IMG/VR virus record: IMGVR_UViG_3300032116_014939
Coordinates: 1-64,000 of that record
Strand: one strand, 5' to 3'
Length of the DNA: 64,000 bases
Shown: piece after piece, positions 1 to 6,254 of the stretch
Layout: each line of letters begins with the position of its first letter
Position numbering within the stretch: position 1 is the first letter of the stretch
Position numbers and translations under genes: made by a program
The notes under the pieces: generated by a model
Seen by the model: the letters and a program-made list of their open reading frames with translations, nothing else
What the model was told of the DNA's origin: nothing
Database searches by the model: none

Positions 1-64
1 GTAATTGAATTTCATTTAATTTTTCAATCAACTCTTCGTTTTGTTTTTTATTCTTCTTAGCCAT
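1..64 (-). CDS. Partial hypothetical protein (N-terminus MAKKNKKQNEELIEKLNEIQL, runs off the window)
   Basis: ATG at 64, frame open to the window edge; a TAnnTTTG-like box lies near 95-102. Confidence 0.5.
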   Translation of the reverse strand, partial: MAKKNKKQNEELIEKLNEIQL

Positions 65-128
65 AATTTTTATTTTTCGTTTTTATTTCTTTTACAAATA
101 TATAAAGTATTTCTGATACTATCAAATT

Positions 129-728
129 TTATCTTACCAAACTTACAAAACCTTTTTGGTAATGTGGTGTTCCTTTGTCATCACGGTAATACATCTTCCA
201 AGTGTATATGCCCGACTCACAATAGTACCCACTGTTATTAACATTACCAGTCCAATATTGTGATTGTGATTCAATAACACAAACCAGTTGGCCCCATTGG
301 GTATAAATCTCCAATCGTGGATTGAATACATTGGTTCCCTTGAAGGAAAATATATCATTCAACCCATCGTTGTTAGGTGAAAACGAATTGGGAACATAAA
401 GTTTATGACAGGCAGTGGTGGTGATAGTTAAAGAAGCAGTATCAGTACTACACCCATTTAAATCCACACCATACACTTCAATCAAATGATTATCGGTGGT
501 ATCATCCCAAGTCAATGAAATATCATTATCGGATTCAACCTGTCCAACACTATCAACCGTCCAGTAATAAACAACATTGTCTATGTTCTCAACAGAATAG
601 TTATGTGTCTTAAACTCCGAACACATATCAAGTACATTACCATCGTGTGTTATCGTTAGTGGTAAGGTGTCACACTGTCCAAAGAAGTGTGAAGGAATAA
701 ATAATAATACAAATAAAAGTTTTTTCAT
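129..728 (-). CDS. Secreted protein with T9SS type B (gliding-motility/CHU_C) C-terminal sorting domain
   Basis: N-terminal signal peptide; C-terminal YVPNSFSPNNDGLNDIF...IYTQWG...W.G...GIYTW...KGFVSLVR pattern. Confidence 0.85.
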   Translation of the reverse strand: MKKLLFVLLFIPSHFFGQCDTLPLTITHDGNVLDMCSEFKTHNYSVENIDNVVYYWTVDSVGQVESDNDISLTWDDTTDNHLIEVYGVDLNGCSTDTASLTITTTACHKLYVPNSFSPNNDGLNDIFSFKGTNVFNPRLEIYTQWGQLVCVIESQSQYWTGNVNNSGYYCESGIYTWKMYYRDDKGTPHYQKGFVSLVR

Positions 729-775
729 ACGAAATCAATAATATACACTAGACTTTGTAAAGTCAAAAAAAGTTG

Positions 776-847
776 AGGTCGGAGTTGGAATCGAACCAAC
801 ATAAGGGCTTTTGCAGAACCCCACTTAAACCATTCAGACATCCGACC
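776..847 (-). tRNA. tRNA-Cys(GCA)
   Basis: Cloverleaf; acceptor GGTCGGA/TCCGACC, loop CT-GCA-AA, U73. Confidence 0.93.
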
Positions 848-854
848 TTGTAAG

Positions 855-942
855 CGGAGAGCAGTGGACTCGAACCACGCCCAACTTAATGGGTTACTGT
901 TTAGCAAACATTCGGGGTCACCATTACCCTCCTTTACTCTCC
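855..942 (-). tRNA. tRNA-Ser(GCT)
   Basis: GGAGAGT acceptor, loop TT-GCT-AA, long variable arm, G73. Confidence 0.9.
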
Positions 943-949
943 ATGTTAG

Positions 950-1022
950 TGTGTCTAACCAGATTCGAACTGGTGCTAACAGAACCACAATCTGTCGTGC
1001 TCGCCTCTACACCATAGACACC
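950..1022 (-). tRNA. tRNA-His(GTG)
   Basis: Acceptor GTGTCTA/TAGACAC, loop TT-GTG-GT, encoded G-1, A73. Confidence 0.9.
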
Positions 1023-1124
1023 GTGTAAAAAACACACTCTCAAGCATTCTACTCCCTGCATGACGGAATTGTATCTTACTTAGCCCACCGTCCTCAGTAT
1101 GGGTACTTGAGTTTATGTGTTTTG

Positions 1125-1207
1125 TACCCCTTGTAGGAGTCGAACCTACACGTCTTTAAGACAATGGTTTCTAAGACCACCCTGGTTACCAGTTACAGCA
1201 AAGAGGT
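1125..1207 (-). tRNA. tRNA-Leu(TAG)
   Basis: Loop CT-TAG-AA, long variable arm, TTCGACT T-loop, A73. Confidence 0.9.
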
Positions 1208-1214
1208 AAATAAG

Positions 1215-1301
1215 CGGAAGAGATAGGACTCGAACCTACACATCAGTTTCCCGATACCGGTTTTCAAGACCGGGGCGATACCAATTACGCTTTACTCTTC
1301 C
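1215..1301 (-). tRNA. tRNA-Ser(TGA)
   Basis: GGAAGAG/CTCTTCC acceptor, loop CT-TGA-AA, long variable arm. Confidence 0.92.
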
Positions 1302-1525
1302 AAAGTTCCCCACCCTGAGATTATGGTGAGTAGTCATATCGGTTTTTTTGCTGTTTGAAAAACCTGCTGGGCATCCCCGATAAAAAAGTCAGTTCTTTAC
1401 GTCGGCAGTGATGAACCTATCTACTGTTTTATCCCGAATCGATTGCCTTTGGGAGGCGTTTTTTAACCCTATCCATTGTTAAATGAGTCTTGGATAAAAG
1501 ACTGGTGAGTATCTCTTACTCATTG

Positions 1526-1615
1526 TAGTCAGGACAGGATTCGAACCTGTGCTCCCCATTACAGGGAACGTTGTACAGCCCCCGAAGCGGCTGTGACACC
1601 AATTGCCACCTGACT
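1526..1615 (-). ncRNA. tRNA-like RNA A (anticodon loop replaced by a cUUCGg-capped stem)
   Basis: AGTCAGG/CCTGACT-A acceptor, ACAGG-TTCGAAT-CCTGT T-arm, no 7-nt anticodon loop. Confidence 0.75.
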
Positions 1616-1832
1616 ATATAAAAACACCCTTATCTATCCAACTTACAGGTGTTATGGCTGTCCTCATTGCTGAGTTAGGAATAAACTGTCTTGCTCCCCT
1701 TCGTGATGGGTTTTACCGACCTTAGTAGTCAACTAGAAGGTAATATATATACAAACCTTCAACTCTCCCCTATGGTTATCACACCATTTCTCATCGTATG
1801 GGACATACTATCTGATGATTAGTCAGAACGTG

Positions 1833-1899
1833 TAGTCAGAACAGGATTCGAACCTGCAATCTTCCTTGTTAGGAGCTTTGCCAATTAAGTTACCTGACT
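1833..1899 (-). ncRNA. tRNA-like RNA B (67 nt, 4-nt loop at the anticodon position)
   Basis: AGTCAGG/TCTGACT-A acceptor, intact D-loop and T-arm, TCCT-AACA-AGGA mini arm. Confidence 0.75.
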
Positions 1900-2057
1900 A
1901 TGGTGGTAGGATTGCTTTTTTATAGAAGAGCTCGCCTGCCTCAGAACTTCTTTGAGGATGAGAAGTCCTCTGTGTTGTGAAAGTCGGTAAAAATGCACTT
2001 TTACACCCTTTGTCCTGAACATAAACTATTCCTTTCTCAAGGGAACAACACGTTTAG

Positions 2058-2148
2058 TAGTCAGGGCCGGACTCGAACCGGATACCGTTCTCGACGGATT
2101 AGACAACCTTACGGATTTGGGTCCCTCCCTCATTACGCCCACCTGACT
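2058..2148 (-). ncRNA. tRNA-like RNA C (GUAA tetraloop at the anticodon position)
   Basis: AGTCAGG/CCTGACT-A acceptor, CCGG-TTCGAGT-CCGG T-arm, variable-arm hairpin. Confidence 0.7.
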
Positions 2149-2152
2149 CCGA

Positions 2153-2160
2153 CAAAGATA
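2153..2160 (-). promoter_or_regulatory. Bacteroidota-type -7 promoter box (TATCTTTG) for the second RNA block
   Basis: Matches TAnnTTTG; lies 4 nt upstream of tRNA-like RNA C. Confidence 0.65.
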
Positions 2161-2261
2161 TGGTAAGTTTTTCAATCTACCAAATCTTTTTTTATTCTTC
2201 TCTTCCCCATATTAACCATCCTATGAAGATTCCAATTACAATACCTGATGCCATATTTTTC

Positions 2262-2564
2262 TTATTCTGATAAATCTTTTTCTATTTCTTCATACCATTC
2301 TTCAACCGCAAATAATAATTGGATAAATTCACCATCTTCATCCGATTCATATTTTACGTGGAACCCACCTGTTGATACATCTGTTTTTTCTTTAAACGCC
2401 ATCTTTAATAATCGTCTTGCTTCTTGTCTCAATTCAGGAACCGTTGGAATACCTTCGTCAGAAGCCGCCCACTCCCAATTCAATACTTCCATTACTTTTC
2501 GGACTTGTTCAAACTTGAAGTAGTCCATTATACTATCAATTGCGTCTTGTTGTTTCTGTGTCAT
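2262..2564 (-). CDS. Hypothetical protein
   Basis: 100-aa ORF in tandem with 2566..2994. Confidence 0.75.
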   Translation of the reverse strand: MTQKQQDAIDSIMDYFKFEQVRKVMEVLNWEWAASDEGIPTVPELRQEARRLLKMAFKEKTDVSTGGFHVKYESDEDGEFIQLLFAVEEWYEEIEKDLSE

Positions 2565-2565
2565 A

Positions 2566-2994
2566 TTATTTATCTAAATCTTTATCGTTATCCATCAACT
2601 TAATAAGAGCCTCCTTTTGTTTTTCTTTCTTCACCATCTCAATCATCTTCTTGATAACCGCAATGTTCCCTTCTCTCTTATCTTTGAAGAAATCAAAATA
2701 CATCGGTGGAAACTTCCAACTCTTAATCGTATAGTCAAATCCCAAAATCTCATTTGGTGTGGTATCAGTTCTAATATCCACAAAGTATGAATAATTATCT
2801 TCAAACCATCCGAACACTTGTTGGTGTGGTGGTGCGGAACATCCGATTTCAGGTTGTGATTCTCTATCTGAATAGCAAAACGCATACCCAATACTATATC
2901 CCTCATCAATATCGTAATACCCCCAACAAGGTTCATTAAATCCAAGTTCTTTGAGTTCCAAAGCAATTTCGTATGTAACAAATTCTTTTTCCAT
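2566..2994 (-). CDS. Hypothetical phage protein (FVTYEIALELKELGF N-terminus)
   Basis: 142-aa ORF; TATATTTG box just upstream (2999-3006). Confidence 0.8.
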   Translation of the reverse strand: MEKEFVTYEIALELKELGFNEPCWGYYDIDEGYSIGYAFCYSDRESQPEIGCSAPPHQQVFGWFEDNYSYFVDIRTDTTPNEILGFDYTIKSWKFPPMYFDFFKDKREGNIAVIKKMIEMVKKEKQKEALIKLMDNDKDLDK

Positions 2995-3036
2995 AAGACA
3001 AATATAAGGTAAGTTTATTAATTAAACAAAAAAAAG

Positions 3037-3107
3037 TTGTCCCTGATGGATTCGAACCACCATTATCTGAACCAAAATCAGATGTCCTGCCTTTAGACGA
3101 AGGGACA
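3037..3107 (-). tRNA. tRNA-Gln(TTG)
   Basis: TGTCCCT/AGGGACA acceptor, loop TT-TTG-GT. Confidence 0.92.
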
Positions 3108-3167
3108 ATATGGAGCGTAGTGGGGCTGCAGTCCCCTGAGGCACCTACGCAAGTTACTCCTCTTTAG

Positions 3168-3240
3168 CGGCTCCAACGGGATTCGAACCCGTACCACACG
3201 GCGTGACAAGCCGGCATTGTAGCCATTCAACCATGGAGCC
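3168..3240 (-). tRNA. tRNA-Asp(GTC)
   Basis: GGCTCCA/TGGAGCC acceptor, loop TT-GTC-AC, G73. Confidence 0.92.
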
Positions 3241-3397
3241 AAAAGTGGGTGGAATCAGAGGCCTTCTGTCCACCGAGACCTCGTCGTTGACTTTCGTCAG
3301 AGCGTACCGAGACACTTTTTAAAACCCCATCTTCATCGGATTAACGGACCGACTGCCATATCGGAGGTGGGGGTTGTCCTGTTAATTCAGAACCTCG

Positions 3398-3470
3398 TGG
3401 TACCAGGTGGATTCGAACCACCGACACAAGGATTTTCAGTCCTTTGCTCTACCAACTGAGCTATGGTACC
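3398..3470 (-). tRNA. tRNA-Phe(GAA)
   Basis: Canonical cloverleaf, loop CT-GAA-AA. Confidence 0.95.
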
Positions 3471-3477
3471 ATTATAG

Positions 3478-3552
<75 letters not shown>

Positions 3553-3559
3553 AATTAAG

Positions 3560-3634
3560 TTCTCACGGTTGGAATCGAACCAACGACCTTTTGTGTATCA
3601 GACAAATGCTCTAAGCCAACTGAGCTACGTGAGA
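3560..3634 (-). tRNA. tRNA-Ile(GAT)
   Basis: TCTCACG/CGTGAGA acceptor, loop CT-GAT-AC. Confidence 0.88.
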
Positions 3635-3641
3635 ATATTAG

Positions 3642-3715
3642 AGCCTCCAGTCGGAATCGAACCAACGACCTACTGATTACAAATCAGTCGCTCTGACCTG
3701 CTGAGCTATGGAGGC
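3642..3715 (-). tRNA. tRNA-Thr(TGT)
   Basis: GCCTCCA/TGGAGGC acceptor, loop TT-TGT-AA. Confidence 0.95.
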
Positions 3716-3721
3716 TTGTTG

Positions 3722-3792
3722 CACGACAGTAGGGACTCGAACCCCAAACAACGGTTTTGGAGACCGTGATGATACCATTTCACCACTGACGT
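3722..3792 (-). tRNA. tRNA-Trp(CCA)
   Basis: Loop CT-CCA-AA, G73; one U-U mismatch in the acceptor stem. Confidence 0.9.
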
Positions 3793-3799
3793 GTTTAAG

Positions 3800-3874
3800 T
3801 GACCCCGGTGGGACTCGAACCCACGACTCCCTCATTAAAAGTGAGGTGCTCTAAACCTGCTGAGCTACGAAGTC
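3800..3874 (-). tRNA. tRNA-Lys(TTT)
   Basis: Canonical cloverleaf, loop CT-TTT-AA. Confidence 0.95.
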
Positions 3875-3884
3875 ATTATTTTTG

Positions 3885-3956
3885 CGGTGATGGGGAATTT
3901 CGAAATCCCGACCCTCTGATTAACAGTCAGATGCTCCACCTCTGAGCTACATCACC
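3885..3956 (-). tRNA. tRNA-Asn(GTT), first tRNA of the array
   Basis: GGTGATG/CATCACC acceptor, loop CT-GTT-AA. Confidence 0.93.
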
Positions 3957-3968
3957 ATTTTCCCAATA

Positions 3969-3980
3969 TGTCAAAGAACC
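3969..3980 (-). promoter_or_regulatory. boxA-like antitermination element GGTTCTTTGACA
   Basis: Resembles rRNA-operon boxA (TGCTCTTTAACA); a similar element precedes the large ncRNA at 14035-14047. Confidence 0.55.
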
Positions 3981-4017
3981 AAAAAAAAACCCTGAACTTT
4001 TTTGTAGTCCAGGGTTT
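3981..4017 (-). terminator. Intrinsic terminator (attenuator) between the leader ORF and the tRNA array
   Basis: AAACCCTGGACT-ACAAAAA-AGTTCAGGGTTT hairpin running into a U-tract (9 U in total). Confidence 0.85.
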
Positions 4018-4039
4018 CCTTATATATTTGATGATACGA

Positions 4040-4153
4040 TTACATCTTATTAAGAACCCTGAACTTACGGCAATCCTGCCCCTTAATCGTAAACCACGAT
4101 TGGCCCACGTTTGTCGGGAGATTACTTACGTTATGTGTTGAGTTCTGTTTCAT
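4040..4153 (-). CDS. Putative 37-aa leader peptide MKQNSTHNVSNLPTNVGQSWFTIKGQDCRKFRVLNKM
   Basis: ATG 4153 to TAA 4040, A-rich upstream context, lies between a promoter and the terminator; contains the antiterminator segment 4055-4066. Confidence 0.7.
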   Translation of the reverse strand: MKQNSTHNVSNLPTNVGQSWFTIKGQDCRKFRVLNKM

Positions 4154-4182
4154 TGTTTTCTTATTAAATATCAATTGTTTTA

Positions 4183-4214
4183 CAAAAGTACTACTATTTT
4201 TGAGTTATGTCAAG
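4183..4214 (-). promoter_or_regulatory. Bacteroidota sigma-A-type promoter of the leader/tRNA operon
   Basis: -7 box TACTTTTG at 4183-4190; CTTG(AC) 20 nt upstream at 4211-4214. Confidence 0.7.
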
Positions 4215-4268
4215 TTTTTTTTCATTTTAGTTTCAAATTTTAAATAAAATTATTACTATTTACATAAT

Positions 4269-4934
4269 ATGAACACTAGTGAATTACAACTAAAAAGATT
4301 AATGGACACTGTTGTTAAAATGTTATCTGTAATTAATGCAGATGGTATAACATTGCGTTTAACAGGTGAATATAAAAAATCATTTCATTACAAAAAAGCA
4401 CCTGTCTATACAATAGAAAACCCTAAAAACTTACCATACACCCATGAAGCTCTCTCAGGTTACATTGATGAAGAAATACATTCGTTAAGAAAATTTTTTC
4501 CTGAGGTTAACATCGCTCCACAATTTTTATATTATTTAGATTGCGATGATTTATATATCCCACAAAAAAGTTTAAATGAAATTAATAGTTGTCTTGTGGG
4601 AAAACCATTTAAATTAGATTCCCAATATGAACGTAAAAAAATAACGATTGAAGGTCGTTTTTCTAAAGACTTTTATATTGAAGTTGATGCCGAAATGATT
4701 GTCATAGACGTTAATTTATTAGTTAAATCTATGGAAATAACATTAGATGGTGAAGTTTACTATGGATTTGATGAAGATGAAATACTTGACATACTTCACG
4801 ATAAGTTTGACCACCATATTGATGAGCTAATATGGGGATGTCTAACTGAGGATATAACAAACAACAAATCTTTCGTTGATTTTAACTGGATGGGTTGGCA
4901 TGTGAATACTAACTATATGTTACCTTACTCCTGA
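4269..4934 (+). CDS. Hypothetical protein
   Basis: 221-aa ORF. Confidence 0.75.
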   Translation: MNTSELQLKRLMDTVVKMLSVINADGITLRLTGEYKKSFHYKKAPVYTIENPKNLPYTHEALSGYIDEEIHSLRKFFPEVNIAPQFLYYLDCDDLYIPQKSLNEINSCLVGKPFKLDSQYERKKITIEGRFSKDFYIEVDAEMIVIDVNLLVKSMEITLDGEVYYGFDEDEILDILHDKFDHHIDELIWGCLTEDITNNKSFVDFNWMGWHVNTNYMLPYS

Positions 4935-5482
4935 ATAATAAGTGTTTCTAAATCCACAACAACACCAGTCTTATAGGTAATTTCTTCTGTGAAAATTTCA
5001 TCAATAATTTCCTTCACTTCACTTTCAATTTCAAATCCAATAGATTGGTCGTTAAGAGCTTGTTTTAAATCACGTACTCCTTCATCTGTCATTACTAAAT
5101 CCACCTCACCACCCGGTAAAATATAAACATCTACTTTAAAATATTCTCCATCTTCTTGGTCTATTATTTTAGCTTTGAAATCAAAACTGTATCCACCTGA
5201 AAAGTTATATCGGTCTGTTTTGAAGGTTTTCTGTAATAGTTCTTCAGTCAATTTAACCGATTGTTCCCTACCCAAAAAGTCCCTTAATAATTCAATCAGG
5301 ATATTAAAGTCTCTTTCCCACACATCAACTTCAAAGAAATCCATAATCATATTATCAATATGTGGTTGTTCACCTTTCCTAACTTGTTTCTCAAACAATT
5401 TCTTAATCAAATTTTTAAAATTTGGTTTATCCAACTCTTCCTTCAAAAATTTATTTTGTTCCTCTGTTATTAGGTATTTCAT
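4925..5482 (-). CDS. Hypothetical protein with MKYLITEEQ N-terminal motif
   Basis: 185-aa ORF; TATTTAT motif 5 nt upstream. Confidence 0.8.
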   Translation of the reverse strand: MKYLITEEQNKFLKEELDKPNFKNLIKKLFEKQVRKGEQPHIDNMIMDFFEVDVWERDFNILIELLRDFLGREQSVKLTEELLQKTFKTDRYNFSGGYSFDFKAKIIDQEDGEYFKVDVYILPGGEVDLVMTDEGVRDLKQALNDQSIGFEIESEVKEIIDEIFTEEITYKTGVVVDLETLIIQE

Positions 5483-5494
5483 ATTAAATAAATA

Positions 5495-6067
5495 TTACCC
5501 TTCCAAAAAGGATAACACCTTTTCTTTAACTCCAAGTTGTTTGATACCCTCATTGTTCAAAGGTGTTAAGACAAAGTTATCAAGTCCCCACTCGTGTTCA
5601 TATTCCATTGAGTAACGCAATCCAGTCTTCCCCATCTCCAAGTCATCAATCGCTACCCAATGTGTAACTTCGGGATGTTCTTTTAACCACTCTTGAATCT
5701 GAACACTTCTTGTTCCTTCCAAATCCCAATTTCGGTGCCAGGTAACTTTTTCACCATCAATCGTATTGGTTGTGAAATCAATTGGTCGTTTGATGATACC
5801 TTGTTTCTCGTAGTAATCACCCATCTCTTCAACTGAACACCAAACTTTCCAATCAGAAGATACAACGATTTCAGCACCAGTCTGTTCCAAGATTTCATTC
5901 AATACCTTTATTGCCTTCTTGTCAAAGTTATCAAAGCGAGCATCAATAGGCATTGTCAATACTGATTGACTTAACTTTCGTCTAGCCTTTTTTTGTTTCT
6001 TAAATCGTGACCCCCAATTATCTGATAGACAGATAACTCCATCGTGGTCTAAAAAGATTACTTTCAT
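5495..6067 (-). CDS. HAD-family phosphatase, Swiss-Army-Knife RNA-repair-like
   Basis: FLDHDGV, IVVSSDW and WVAIDD motifs. Confidence 0.85.
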   Translation of the reverse strand: MKVIFLDHDGVICLSDNWGSRFKKQKKARRKLSQSVLTMPIDARFDNFDKKAIKVLNEILEQTGAEIVVSSDWKVWCSVEEMGDYYEKQGIIKRPIDFTTNTIDGEKVTWHRNWDLEGTRSVQIQEWLKEHPEVTHWVAIDDLEMGKTGLRYSMEYEHEWGLDNFVLTPLNNEGIKQLGVKEKVLSFLEG

Positions 6068-6234
6068 TTTTTCTTTGAGTATTTTTCCCTGTTGGAAAGT
6101 TTCCTGTCAGGGTCGTATTTGTATTTGATGTCAACAGAAATCGGGCCGTTCTTGAACTTATCCAAATCATAAGTCCAAACAGCAATGGTCTCGTCCGTTT
6201 CGTAGGTTCTTGTAAATTTAGTTTTGTCGCTCAT
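6064..6234 (-). CDS. Small hypothetical protein (56 aa, MSDKTKFTRTYE...), absent from the ORF track
   Basis: Fills the gap; its TGA overlaps the ATG of the HAD gene. Confidence 0.6.
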   Translation of the reverse strand: MSDKTKFTRTYETDETIAVWTYDLDKFKNGPISVDIKYKYDPDRKLSNREKYSKKK

Positions 6235-6254
6235 AAGGGAGCTAAGATACGAAA

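Noticed and set aside
725-988. 87-aa minus-strand ORF from the track
   Set aside because: Lies over tRNA-Cys, tRNA-Ser and tRNA-His; spurious.
1027-1123. Hammerhead (CUGAnGA) or ZTP/TPP riboswitch resemblance
   Set aside because: CUGAGGA is present but there is no correctly placed GAAA/stem III; riboswitch cores are incomplete and no gene lies downstream.
1314-1323. 10-nt match CCTGAGATTA shared with 13164-13173
   Set aside because: A single 10-mer match between kb-sized regions is expected by chance.
3321-3396. HDV-like theta ribozyme at the 3' end of tRNA-Phe
   Set aside because: Position and pseudoknot are suggestive, but I could not find the P3/L3, P1.1 and catalytic J4/2 consensus by eye; left unassigned.
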